Shown here: in pieces, positions 38,774 through 48,252 of the stretch
Layout: every line of letters starts with the position of its first letter
Position numbering within the stretch: position 1 is the stretch's first letter
DNA from: Vulcanimicrobiota bacterium
GTDB lineage: Bacteria > Vulcanimicrobiota > Xenobia > Xenobiales > JADMJV01
Reading direction: 5' to 3'
Length of the DNA: 64,000 nt
NCBI GenBank assembly: GCA_050250895.1
Contig: JBFWNU010000002.1
Span: 32,001 to 96,000, forward strand
Made by a program: the position numbers and the translations under genes
Notes under the pieces: generated by a model
What the model was told of the DNA's origin: nothing
The model's database searches: none
The model's input: only the letters and a program-made list of their open reading frames with translations

Positions 38774-39970
38774 ATGCAGGTCCAAGCCAACCGTCGGTCC
38801 ATTTCCATCGATCAGGCCTCGCGCGTTCTCTCGCGCCAGCCCGACCCTGGCACGCGCCAGGGCGACCGTGTCACCCTGGGCGGCGGCAGCCTGGCCAGCC
38901 CGGCTCTTGTGCCCGACGGAGTTTGCCACGCCTCGGGCCGGCGACTGAGTTGCTACGACCGCAACGGGCAGGTGCGCTGGCGTGAAGACTTCTCCACCCC
39001 GGTCTCGGCCGTGGGCGCGGACGCCCAGGGGCGCACCTTCGTGTGCAGCGACGACGGTCACCTCCACGGCCTTGGCCCCGACGGCCAGCAACTTTTCGCC
39101 CCCATCCAGGTCGATGCCGACAGCGGCCACGCTCCGGCGGTGGCCCCGGACGGGACTGTCTATATCGTCACTCGTGGCACGCGCCTCGAGGCTTACACCC
39201 CCGAGGGCGAGCAAAAGTTCTCGAAAGACTTGCGCAAAACCAGTCTGCGTTCGCTCCTCGGCCTCGAGAATCGCCATCAGTATAGCTCCACTCCCACCCT
39301 TACCAGCGATGGCAAAGCGGTAGTCGCAGACGAGCGAAACTACGTCACCGCTTTCGACTCCTCCGGCAAGAGAAGCTGGACCTATCGTTTGCCCCAGCAG
39401 GTGATGACCGGTATCAGCGCCGGCCCGGACGGGCGCGTGGGCCTGGGCATCTATCTCGACGAAATGATCGTGCTCAATCACAAAGGCAAGGTCGAGACTC
39501 GAGTCGACGCCCAGGGGCCGTGTGTGTCCACCGGAGTAGCCGTGGCCGCCAACGGAGATTTGGTGGCTGGCGACTCCTCTGGCATCCTGGCCGCCTACGA
39601 CCGCAAAGGCATCCGCAAGTGGACCATCCGCAATGACCACAAATTTACCGGCACACCCACGTTCCAGAAGGGGCACCTCTACGCCACCACCTGGTTCGGC
39701 AAGTTTTATGACATCGACGCCGCCACCGGGAAAGTCGCCTTCTCCACCGACCTGGGTGGCGGCCAGTTGTCGATGTCGTCTCCCGTGGTCGACGAGGAGG
39801 GGACGGCTTACATCAGCCTGGTGAACGGTCTGGTGGCCCTGCGCACCCAGACAAAAGAAGTCGACTCCAGCCTCGACCCCCACGAACCCGTCAAGCCAGC
39901 CGCTCTCGAGTTGCAAGAAGACGACGGCTGGCTGGTGGTGGGCGACCAGCAACTCTCGATCAACTACTAG
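38774..39970 (+). CDS. PQQ-like (BamB-type) beta-propeller repeat protein
   Basis: Repeats CYDRNGQVRW, AFDSSGKRSW, AYDRKGIRKW, DIDAATGKVAF, SSPVVDEEGTAY; no signal peptide. Confidence 0.85.
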   Translation: MQVQANRRSISIDQASRVLSRQPDPGTRQGDRVTLGGGSLASPALVPDGVCHASGRRLSCYDRNGQVRWREDFSTPVSAVGADAQGRTFVCSDDGHLHGLGPDGQQLFAPIQVDADSGHAPAVAPDGTVYIVTRGTRLEAYTPEGEQKFSKDLRKTSLRSLLGLENRHQYSSTPTLTSDGKAVVADERNYVTAFDSSGKRSWTYRLPQQVMTGISAGPDGRVGLGIYLDEMIVLNHKGKVETRVDAQGPCVSTGVAVAANGDLVAGDSSGILAAYDRKGIRKWTIRNDHKFTGTPTFQKGHLYATTWFGKFYDIDAATGKVAFSTDLGGGQLSMSSPVVDEEGTAYISLVNGLVALRTQTKEVDSSLDPHEPVKPAALELQEDDGWLVVGDQQLSINY

Positions 39971-40994
39971 GCGGGCTGACCGCCTGCGCCCCACCCGAGC
40001 GGCGAAACCTGGCCCGATAGGCAGCCAGCGGACGTTCCAACAGCCAGTATGACGCCAGCGTACAGGCAAGCAGGGCCAGCCAGGCCGGCCATCCCCGAGC
40101 GAACGGCACTTCGAGTCGGCTAATAAAGAGGGGATGCCAAACGTAGAGACTGTAAGACACCCGCCCCACCGCCACCAGCGGAGCGAACCTGAGCAATGAG
40201 GCCCGGTTGACCACGCTCCACCACACCAGGGCGGTGAGAGCCACATCGCGCAGGGTGGGCAGAAACGCCAGCAGCACTCCGGGCAGTTGGGTTGCGTAGG
40301 CGTGAAGACCCAGCACCGCCAGCACCGAGATCACCGGGGTCGCCGCCCAGGGGCGAGCCGGCGAGTCCTCCAGGAAGATGGCCAGGGCACAGCCCATCAT
40401 CAGGGTGCCAAAGCCGGTAGCCTGCAGCATGGTGGCCGGGGAGAAATCCAGAGTGCCGTTCTTGAGAATGCGCAAGAGCGGCCAGCCCAGGCCAAGGCCC
40501 AGGGCAAGCCACCCCGCCCGCCGCTTTCCCAACCAGCGCAAGAGCAAGGGCCAGACCAGATAGAACTGCTCCTCGTAGGACAGCGACCAGGCGTGCTCGA
40601 GGTTGTGATGCAGATGGGTGTGGAACCAGTTGACCAGATACGACGAAGCCACCAACAGGCTGAAGGTATCGGTGTAGACGACCTGAGCGGCCCGCAACAG
40701 CACCAGGACCAGCACGTACAAATAGAAGATGGGAAAAATCCGCACCGTTCGCCGGATGTAGAACTGCTTGAGATCGAACCGGCCATGCTCCTTCTGTTCG
40801 GCTAGCAACAGCGAGGTGATCAGGTAGCCACTCAACACGAAGAACAGGGCCACCCCCGTTCGCCCGCCGAAAGGAAACCATCTCGGCGTTGCGACATAGC
40901 CCGCAAAGCTCGCGTGGAGCCACACCACCAACAGAATCGCTACCCCCCGTAAGCCGTCCAAGGGGACGCAACGAGAGCCGTGCTCGGATCGCAT
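39960..40994 (-). CDS. acyltransferase 3 (OafA-like) membrane protein
   Basis: LDGLRGVAILLV, GVALFFVLSGYLIT, FYIRRTVRIFP, HAWSLSYEEQFY, GRVSYSLYVWH, SYWLLERP. Confidence 0.93.
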   Translation of the reverse strand: MRSEHGSRCVPLDGLRGVAILLVVWLHASFAGYVATPRWFPFGGRTGVALFFVLSGYLITSLLLAEQKEHGRFDLKQFYIRRTVRIFPIFYLYVLVLVLLRAAQVVYTDTFSLLVASSYLVNWFHTHLHHNLEHAWSLSYEEQFYLVWPLLLRWLGKRRAGWLALGLGLGWPLLRILKNGTLDFSPATMLQATGFGTLMMGCALAIFLEDSPARPWAATPVISVLAVLGLHAYATQLPGVLLAFLPTLRDVALTALVWWSVVNRASLLRFAPLVAVGRVSYSLYVWHPLFISRLEVPFARGWPAWLALLACTLASYWLLERPLAAYRARFRRSGGAQAVSPPSS

Positions 40995-41032
40995 GGAAGG
41001 CCTTTTGTCGCCTTCGCCTGGCTCCCCTTCGT

Positions 41033-42310
41033 TTACTCCGCGGGCAACCTGAAGTAGAAGCGGGTAGGGCTTCCTTCGGCGCTCTCGACCCCCACCTGGC
41101 CGCCGTGACGCTCGACCACCAGCTTGCAGAAGGTCAGTCCCAACCCGGTGGTGCGGTGTTCTCTTTGTGCTTGCGAGAACTTGTCGAAGATCCTCGCCTG
41201 CTCGGCTGAGGGCACTCCTGGTCCCCGGTCGATGACGCTCACCTCGAGCAGGTCGCCCCCCGACCGCGTCACCACTCGCACCGGTTCTTCCTCGGGGCTA
41301 AAGCGCAGGGCGTTGGTTAGAAGGTTGCCCAGTACCCGCGTCATCAGGTCCCGGTCGCAGCGCAGCCTGGCCTGATCGCCCTCGATCACCACCCGCGAGC
41401 GGCCCGGCCCCACCCGCTCTAGCGCCTGGCTCACCAGCTGGTCGACTCCCGTGTCTTGATAGGCCAGCGGCATCTGGTCTGACTCGAGCCGGCTCACGTC
41501 GAGAATGGTCTCGATCATCTCGGCCATCACCCCGGTGAGGCTCTGGATCTTGCTGACCATTTCTTGTCCTCGCCGCGACAACTCTTGCGATTCCTCGAGG
41601 TAGTGAGCGTAGAATACCACACTGGTCAGCGGCGTCCGCAGGTCGTGAACCATCATGTGGGTCAGACTGTCGCGCAGGGCTTCTAAGCGCCGCAGCGACT
41701 CGTAGTTTTCTTCGAGCTGCTGCCCCAGTCGCTGGGTCCTGACGAAGAGCCTGCCCAACAAACGTACCCCCCGCTCGGACCCCAGCAGATACAGCACGCC
41801 GCCCAGCCCGAGGATGCGGTGGAAAGGCTGGGCCGAGAGCAAAAATGACAGGAACATCGGCCCTATCAGGCCGAGCACCGCCAGTCGGACGATGGTCGGA
41901 TGAAGGGCGTAGGTCGAGCTGGTGCCCGCCGTGATCAATAGCACGCAAGCAAATAGGTACACTCGCGTGGTCAGGTCCGTCCCGGCCAAAAGCACCAGCG
42001 AGCCCAGCCCCCACCACAGGGCCACCGCTACGATGGTCCCACCCAGGGCCAACTCCCACTGTCGCACCCGGGCATCGTCTAGCTCACCCTGAGGAAAGCG
42101 CTTGAGCACCGCCCCACGAACAAAGGCCAGGGTCATCATCACTGCGTTCCAGACGACCAGCTTCCACCACGGCACGATGCCCACCAGGCCGGCGCTCACC
42201 AGCAAAGCCCCCAGGGGGCTCAAGACGACGTTGAGGGCCGACTGCAGACAGACAAACCGCACCCGCTCGGCGCGCACTCTTCGAGCTAGCTCGACTTCGA
42301 ACTCGGACAT
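41033..42310 (-). CDS. membrane sensor histidine kinase (HisKA + HATPase)
   Basis: Multiple TMs; MVHDLRTPL, NLLTNALRF, DRGPGV, IFDKF, GLGLTFC; start may be 42337. Confidence 0.9.
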   Translation of the reverse strand: MSEFEVELARRVRAERVRFVCLQSALNVVLSPLGALLVSAGLVGIVPWWKLVVWNAVMMTLAFVRGAVLKRFPQGELDDARVRQWELALGGTIVAVALWWGLGSLVLLAGTDLTTRVYLFACVLLITAGTSSTYALHPTIVRLAVLGLIGPMFLSFLLSAQPFHRILGLGGVLYLLGSERGVRLLGRLFVRTQRLGQQLEENYESLRRLEALRDSLTHMMVHDLRTPLTSVVFYAHYLEESQELSRRGQEMVSKIQSLTGVMAEMIETILDVSRLESDQMPLAYQDTGVDQLVSQALERVGPGRSRVVIEGDQARLRCDRDLMTRVLGNLLTNALRFSPEEEPVRVVTRSGGDLLEVSVIDRGPGVPSAEQARIFDKFSQAQREHRTTGLGLTFCKLVVERHGGQVGVESAEGSPTRFYFRLPAE

Positions 42311-42395
42311 ACCCAGACAGTTCCCCATCCGTGGCAATCAGACCCCGGTGGTCGATTGATTTGATGAACGCGGGTGATGGGCTAGCAGCAGATGC

Positions 42396-42681
42396 ATGAG
42401 AACCACCCTCAATATCGACGACGACGTTCTGTTCGCGGTTCGCGAACTCGCCCGCCAGGAGCGGAAGACGGCGGGCCAGATCTTGTCGGAGTTGGCTCGA
42501 CGAGGATGTGCTCGACCAGCGCCGGCTCGACCCATACCGGGTCCACGGACCCGGGCAACTGACCGACCTCTACCTTTTGGCCCTGGCCGTGGCCAGAGAA
42601 GGCTGCCTGGCCACCTTCGACCAGGCCATTCCCCTTTCGGCAGTGACCGGCGCCCAAGCCCGTCACGTCGTGGTTGTTTAA
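42396..42681 (+). pseudogene. vapBC toxin-antitoxin remnant: antitoxin N-terminus joined out of frame to PIN toxin C-terminus
   Basis: MRTTLNIDDDVLFAVRELARQERKTAGQILSELARRG (RHH VapB); +1 frame 42502-42681 reads ..VHGPGQLTDLYLLALAVAREGCLATFDQAIPLSAVTGA..*, a VapC C-terminal motif. Confidence 0.8.
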
Positions 42682-42748
42682 CACCCTGGCAAACAGTTCC
42701 AGGCCCGGTCCAAATCCCGGTCCAAACTCCGTCCTTTAAGCTGGTGAT

Positions 42749-43846
42749 ATGTTGGTCGGTCCACATCTACCCGTCCACCGGCCCGGTCTGGTCCAGCGCA
42801 GCCTCGAGGCGATGGGCGGCGTGGCCGGAGCTACCGTCGAGTTGATGAACTCGGTAGGTCCGTCGGTCGTCACCGGCGCGGTGGCGGCCCTGCAGGTCGG
42901 TCGGGCCAGCGAAGAGGAGCGGGCGAAAATCTCGACTCGAGCGCTCGAGATCACCATGGTTGGCCAACTCTTGCTGGGGCTCGGAGTCTACGCCGTCAGC
43001 CACGCTAGCCTGGTCGGACTGGCCACGGCCGCCGCCACCAAAGGCGTCTTCGGCGGAGCCTGGACCAAGCTGTATAGCGAGAGCGGCGCCAGCAGCCGCA
43101 TCGCCGAAGGCCTGCGCCACCGCGTCGAAGCCGTGGTCACGCCCGCAGACGACACCGGCGAGCGGCTCATCAAAGGGGTGGCCGTCGGACTGGCCGCCGG
43201 CCTGATCGGGTCGGCCAGGGTCGGCTACAAAGAAGGCAAAGGCGCCGTCGGAGGCACCATCGACGCGGTCAAGCGCCTGCCCGCGACTCTGGCCACCCGG
43301 GTCAAGAATCTCGCCACCACCCGGGGATGGTCAAGCCCCGCCCGCATCGCCACCGGTCTGGTCACCGGCAGCGTCGGAGCCGCCCTGTGCGCGGGTATCG
43401 GTCTGGCCCAAGGTTTTACCGACGCCCTGGGCGACAAGATGGACGCTGCCAAGCACCGCCGCTGGCTGACCCTCGAAGGCGCCCTGGCCGGAGCCGCTAC
43501 CGGCCTGCTCCTGGGCGGAGCTCCCGGTCTGGCCGTGGGCAGCGTGCTCGGACTGGCCGCCACCTCTCTGGTTGCCCGAGTTGAATCGCGCCACGACCTC
43601 GACCGCCAGATCACCGCCGACATTCAGGCCCAGCTCGACGAGGTCAAGCGCACCACCTATCAGGAGGGCGACCAGGTCGCCGATACCTACCGCCGCGCCC
43701 TGCAAGGCCTCTCGGTCGGCTTGGCGGCCGGGGTCGAGGCCGGCTTCAACCGCTTTGCCGAACTCGCTCAATCCAAGCCCGAACCCGGCTCGCCGGTGGG
43801 CAAGCAGGTCCAGGACCTGGCCGAACTCGGCCGTCCCCGGGACTAG
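42749..43846 (+). CDS. Gly/Ala-rich hypothetical membrane protein with internal duplication (glycine-zipper-like)
   Basis: Two similar halves (KGVAVGLAAG / QGLSVGLAAG); GxxxG helices; TAAGCT 6 nt before ATG. Confidence 0.65.
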   Translation: MLVGPHLPVHRPGLVQRSLEAMGGVAGATVELMNSVGPSVVTGAVAALQVGRASEEERAKISTRALEITMVGQLLLGLGVYAVSHASLVGLATAAATKGVFGGAWTKLYSESGASSRIAEGLRHRVEAVVTPADDTGERLIKGVAVGLAAGLIGSARVGYKEGKGAVGGTIDAVKRLPATLATRVKNLATTRGWSSPARIATGLVTGSVGAALCAGIGLAQGFTDALGDKMDAAKHRRWLTLEGALAGAATGLLLGGAPGLAVGSVLGLAATSLVARVESRHDLDRQITADIQAQLDEVKRTTYQEGDQVADTYRRALQGLSVGLAAGVEAGFNRFAELAQSKPEPGSPVGKQVQDLAELGRPRD

Positions 43847-45861
43847 GGCGCGATGTTATTTAGCACGGCGTGGATGTTGTTGCCGTTGAGTCCCACCACA
43901 TCGTCCCAGCCATCCGCGTTCAGATCGCTGGCGACGCAATTGCCCAGCACAGCCGCCGGCACGTCTTGATAGAATACCGGCGTCGCCACCGGGGCCAGGA
44001 TCTGAGTGACGGCGGTTGCGGCCGTGTTCGATAACACCAGGACCAGTTCGCCGGGTCGGGTCACGCCGGGGGTCGAGAGGGTCAAGAGGCGGTTCCAGCT
44101 TCCGGCTGGCAGGCTGGTCGAGTTAGGCTGAGCCAGAAAGATGCTTGACTGCGAGACCAGCACTGGGTCAGTCGAGTTCGGGCGTTGGCTCAGGACCGCC
44201 AGGTTACTCTCGAGCGGGCCAAGGGTCGGAGCCGGCGGCATGAAGCTCGCAAAGTCGCCAGGAACTGCGTCACCGATGATCTTCTCGGCTTGACTCACAG
44301 AGGCGTTGCCTTGCGAGCTGCCGCGAATCGTCTGGGTCTGGAAACGATTACTTCCTCCGCGGAGAATAACCAGTTCTTCGTCTCGGGCCAGGGGTTGGAA
44401 AATCTTGCCAAATCGTTCTTGACCATTGAGCCCGCCTGCCAGGGTGGCCCCGACCACCTGCACGTCTACGATGTTGTCAGGATCTCTCTGAAGCAGTTGG
44501 GCTGCGGTTCCTTCGATGACGAAAACCGACCCGAGCCGCGCGCGGAAAAAGCCGGCTTGCAGGGCAGTGGGGTTGGCGGCAAGGGTGAGACTACGATACT
44601 GGCCGGTGGCGCCGGAGCGGAAGACCACCCGCGCTTGCCCCGTCGAGGCGAGCACCAGGTCCTCGAAACCGTCACCATTGATGTCCGCCTCGGCGGTGAG
44701 CAAGTTGCCATTGACCGTGAGGCCGGTGTTTTCAACCCGGGCCGTGGTCTCGAACGTGCCGTCGCCCCGACCGCGATGGACTCGAAGGGTCGACAGGCTG
44801 CCCACTGGAGGTCCGGCCACGTCGGGCACGCCGTCGCCGTTGAAGTCGTGAACTACCGGCCCCCGCAGGGTCGTGGCCACGGTGGTCACCACCTGGCGCT
44901 TGACCGTGTAAGGACGGTCGGCGTTGACGACCCGAAACTGCCCCCCGCGCTCGCCCGTGTGGATGAACTTGAAGACACAATTGACGGGATAGTATCCCTC
45001 GACGACTTTGTCGGGGGAAAGGGAGGCCGCGGATTCCACGACGGGACCATCGACCAGGATCTCGACAGGGGGATTGACTTCGCGGTCCATGCCGTCGTCG
45101 AAACGCTGCATGAACTTGACTCGGACACGCTCCCCGACCCCAATCGTGGTGAAGGGTTGGTTGTTGTCGTCGCGGACCACAGAAAGGGTATTGGGCAGCT
45201 CCCGGGCGGAGTTAGCGTTGAACACCCGGCTGGCGCGAACATTGTTGAGCGCAACCGAAACGTTAGCCGTCGAGGACCTGGGCATTCGCAGCACGCCGGT
45301 GCGGCTTACAGATCCGCTGCCGGTCAGGCTCCAGGTGACCAGATTGGTGACATCGCTCTTGGTCGTGTTGTCGAGGGTGGCCTCGGCGGTCAGCTGGGTA
45401 TCGCTGTCGAAGGGCACGGGATTGGCTCCCTTGATCTCGATGGAGCGCACCAGGCTGACCTGGACCGGATTGACACCCTGGAAGACGACGTTCTGTCCCG
45501 GTGCGAGGCTGAGAGACGTGCCCCATTGCTCGACCAGAGTACCGCCGGCATCGTTGTAGTCGATGATCAGCCTCGTCGAGTCGGCCGGTACCGGTACGGT
45601 AATGGTCGGCGCTTTCGGGATCGGGTTCGAGACCGAGGTGGTCGCGCCGCTGCTATTGGACGTTTTGAAGGTCAGAGTGCTGACCGTCCTGGTTACACTG
45701 CGGGGCAGTTCCAGGGTGCTGACCAGGGTGATCGTGGCTGGGTCTGGAGGGGCCGTCGCTCCTGTTTCGTTGGGGGTGTTGTCTCCCCCCGAATTCGAGT
45801 CGCAGGCTGCCAATCCTAAGAGCAAGAAGAGAACGAAAATTCGAAGCCACGGTGTCCGCAT
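43843..45861 (-). CDS. lipoprotein with Ig-like (Big_2) domain and FG-GAP/VCBS repeats
   Basis: Lipobox LAAC; QLTAEATLDN..DVTNLVTWS; DFNGDGVPD, DINGDGFED, DLNADGWDD. Confidence 0.82.
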   Translation of the reverse strand: MRTPWLRIFVLFLLLGLAACDSNSGGDNTPNETGATAPPDPATITLVSTLELPRSVTRTVSTLTFKTSNSSGATTSVSNPIPKAPTITVPVPADSTRLIIDYNDAGGTLVEQWGTSLSLAPGQNVVFQGVNPVQVSLVRSIEIKGANPVPFDSDTQLTAEATLDNTTKSDVTNLVTWSLTGSGSVSRTGVLRMPRSSTANVSVALNNVRASRVFNANSARELPNTLSVVRDDNNQPFTTIGVGERVRVKFMQRFDDGMDREVNPPVEILVDGPVVESAASLSPDKVVEGYYPVNCVFKFIHTGERGGQFRVVNADRPYTVKRQVVTTVATTLRGPVVHDFNGDGVPDVAGPPVGSLSTLRVHRGRGDGTFETTARVENTGLTVNGNLLTAEADINGDGFEDLVLASTGQARVVFRSGATGQYRSLTLAANPTALQAGFFRARLGSVFVIEGTAAQLLQRDPDNIVDVQVVGATLAGGLNGQERFGKIFQPLARDEELVILRGGSNRFQTQTIRGSSQGNASVSQAEKIIGDAVPGDFASFMPPAPTLGPLESNLAVLSQRPNSTDPVLVSQSSIFLAQPNSTSLPAGSWNRLLTLSTPGVTRPGELVLVLSNTAATAVTQILAPVATPVFYQDVPAAVLGNCVASDLNADGWDDVVGLNGNNIHAVLNNIAP

Positions 45862-45892
45862 TTGGACCCCCCTTTATGTCGTAGTGCCCCCG

Positions 45893-45911
45893 ATTATACG
45901 ATCCCTGTCAA
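45893..45911 (-). promoter_or_regulatory. putative promoter TTGACA-N7-TATAAT
   Basis: Minus strand gacTTGACAgggatcgTATAAT about 30 nt upstream of 45861; both hexamers perfect but spacer only 7 nt. Confidence 0.5.
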
Positions 45912-45940
45912 GTCCCGACCGGCCTGCCGCCGACCGACCA

Positions 45941-46609
45941 CTAGCCTGGCGGCTGGACGCGGCGATACTCCACCTCGGGCCCGACCGGTCCGTCTCGTCC
46001 GACCTGCGTGAGTGCGAGCTTGTCTTCGGCTAGTCTCGTCCGGTAATAGCGTCCTCCAAAGTAACACTGGTCGCGGTTGATCTCGAAGCGGTCCGACATC
46101 AGCTCGCGCGTCCCCCGCACTCGCATCACGGCCACATAAGTGTCGGGTGGCATCAGTTCGAAGACCTCGGGAAATCCATCTGGGGCACCCGAGGCGGCCT
46201 CCCAGCGTCCGGCCAAGGAAGCCGCACCCATGTCCGAAGCCAGGGCACTCGAGCCGGAAAATAGGTCGGCGGCGAATTTCAGTTCAACCCCCCGGCCGTC
46301 GGGATAGGTCAAAGTGCCATGGTGTTTGTTGCCGTCACTCCAGACGACATTCAGCTTCCAGGTGCCGGCCAACCCTTCGTCCTTAGAATCGCTCATCACC
46401 ATTCGCGTTTCGACCGCGTCCCCCGTGGACTTCACCGCTTCCAACAAGGTGAGTCCCTTCGGGCTTTTATGCAGGACAAAGCCTCCTGGAGTGAAGCGCA
46501 CAATCACATCGTCGCTATACCACCGCCCCACTCGGTCCTTGTAGTTGTTTAGCGAACAACCACAAAGCAGAACTAGCATGGAGGCACATAGGAAACGACC
46601 GATCGACAT
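45941..46609 (-). CDS. hypothetical lipoprotein (tandem paralogue 2)
   Basis: Lipobox-like LCGC; 222 aa, colinear and highly similar to 46742..47410. Confidence 0.75.
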   Translation of the reverse strand: MSIGRFLCASMLVLLCGCSLNNYKDRVGRWYSDDVIVRFTPGGFVLHKSPKGLTLLEAVKSTGDAVETRMVMSDSKDEGLAGTWKLNVVWSDGNKHHGTLTYPDGRGVELKFAADLFSGSSALASDMGAASLAGRWEAASGAPDGFPEVFELMPPDTYVAVMRVRGTRELMSDRFEINRDQCYFGGRYYRTRLAEDKLALTQVGRDGPVGPEVEYRRVQPPG

Positions 46610-46741
46610 ATTTGCTATTTACGCCGCTAGGCCGGTTTACTCCTTCGCTTTCGCCACCGCCCAGGCTCACTTCCGAGCGCGAATCGTGGCATCCCGTTCA
46701 TTCCCGGAGACTCCCCCGAGGCCGCCACCTTCCAGCGCCCC

Positions 46742-47410
46742 CTAGCCGGGGGGCTTGACGCGGCGATACTCCACCTCGGGTCCGACCGGACCGTCTCGTC
46801 CGACCTGGGTGAGTTCGAGCTTGTCCTCGGATAGCTTCGTTTGGTAGGAGCGTTCCGCAAAGCGACATTGATCCCGGTTGATTTCGAACCGGTCGGCCAT
46901 CAGTTCGCGAGTGCCTCGAGTGCGCATCACGGCCACATAGAGGTCGGGAGCCATAAGCTCGAAGACCTCGGGAAAGCCGTCGGGGATTTCCGACACGGCC
47001 TGCCAGCGCCCGGCCAACGACGTCGCTGCCAGATCCGAGGCGAGCGAGGATGAGCCAGGAAACAGGTCGGCGGCGTACTTCAACTCGACCCCGCGACCGT
47101 CGGGATAGGTTAAAGTGCCGTGGTGCTTCCTGCCGTCAATCCAGACTACATCCAGCCTCCAGGTCCCGGCCAGGTCCGAGTCTTTCGAGTCACTTATCAC
47201 CAGCCGCGTCTCGACGGTGTCGCCTGAGGACTTGACGGCTTCGAGCAAGGTGAGGCCCTGCCGGCCGTTGTGGACGACATAGCCTCCGGGAGTGAACAGC
47301 AAGATCGCATCGTCGTTGTACCAGCGCCCCACTCGGTCTTTGTAGTTGCTCGGCGAACAGCCGCCAAGTAGCAGTAGTAGTGCGGCACATGAGAAACAAC
47401 GAAGGGGCAT
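46742..47410 (-). CDS. hypothetical lipoprotein (tandem paralogue 1)
   Basis: Lipobox-like LGGC; 222 aa; shares NYKDRVGRWY, HHGTLTYPDGRGVELK, QVGRDGPVGPEVEYRRV. Confidence 0.75.
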   Translation of the reverse strand: MPLRCFSCAALLLLLGGCSPSNYKDRVGRWYNDDAILLFTPGGYVVHNGRQGLTLLEAVKSSGDTVETRLVISDSKDSDLAGTWRLDVVWIDGRKHHGTLTYPDGRGVELKYAADLFPGSSSLASDLAATSLAGRWQAVSEIPDGFPEVFELMAPDLYVAVMRTRGTRELMADRFEINRDQCRFAERSYQTKLSEDKLELTQVGRDGPVGPEVEYRRVKPPG

Positions 47411-47491
47411 CGAATGCTATTTACGCCGCTATGCCGCTTTACTCCTCCGCTTTCGCCACGGCCCTGGCTCAGTGCGTCGCGCCTTCTCCAG

Positions 47492-48252
47492 AAAGCGACC
47501 CTTTCACACCGCGATTCTCGGGGTGAACCCCCAAAATCGACCTTCACCCCGCGATTTCTCGGGGTGAACCCCCGCCGCCCGCCCTCCCCGCCCCGCCGCC
47601 AGCCAGCCCGGCCGCCGCCCGCCAGCTGGTCCAGGGCCGCGGCCCTCCCCGCCAGCCGCCGCCCGGCCAGCCCGGCCGAGGTTGCCAGCGATTTCTCGGG
47701 GTGAACCCCCGAAATCGCCCTTCACCCCGCGATTTCTCGGGGTGAACCCCCGCCGCCCGCCCTCCCCGCCCCGCCGCCAGCCAGCCCGGCCGCCGCCCGC
47801 CAGCTAGCCCAGGGCCGCGGCCCTCCCCGCCAGCCGCCGCCCGGCCAGCCCGGCCGAGGTTGCCAGCGATTTCTCGGGGTGAACCCCCGAAAGCGACCTT
47901 CACCCCGCGATTTCTCGGGGTGAACCCCCGAAATCGACCTTCACCCCGCGATTTCTCGGGGTGAACCCCCGAAATCGCCCTTCACCCCGCGATTCTCGGG
48001 GTGAACCCCCAAAGTGACCTTCACCCCGCGATTTCTCGGGGTGAACCCCCGAAATCGCCCTTCACCCCGCGATTCTCGGGGTGAACCCCCAAAAGTGACC
48101 TTCACCCCGCGATTTCTCGGGGTGAACCCCCGAAATCGCCCTTCACCCCGCGATTCTCGGGGTGAACCCCCAAAAGTGACCTTCACCCCGCGATTTCTCG
48201 GGGTGAACCCGCGAAATCGCCCTTCACACCGCGATTCTCGGGGTGAAACCCC
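47492..48252. repeat. ~41-bp palindromic tandem repeat array (REP/BIME-like) with two 178-bp higher-order units
   Basis: 14 copies of the CGGGGTGAA core; unit ttcaccccgcgat(t)tctcggggtgaacccccgaaatcgccc or ..aaaagtgacc; two near-identical C-rich inserts. Confidence 0.92.

Noticed and set aside
38747-40246. 499-aa minus-strand ORF
   Set aside because: Antisense to the beta-propeller gene and overlapping the acyltransferase in another frame.
42396-42845. 149-aa intact antitoxin ORF
   Set aside because: After about residue 37 it is out-of-frame toxin sequence and it runs into the next gene; treated as a deletion remnant.
44185-45819. 544-aa + strand ORF
   Set aside because: Antisense shadow of the FG-GAP lipoprotein.
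47492-48252. CRISPR array
   Set aside because: Repeats are contiguous or separated by near-identical inserts; no unique spacers and no cas genes in the window.
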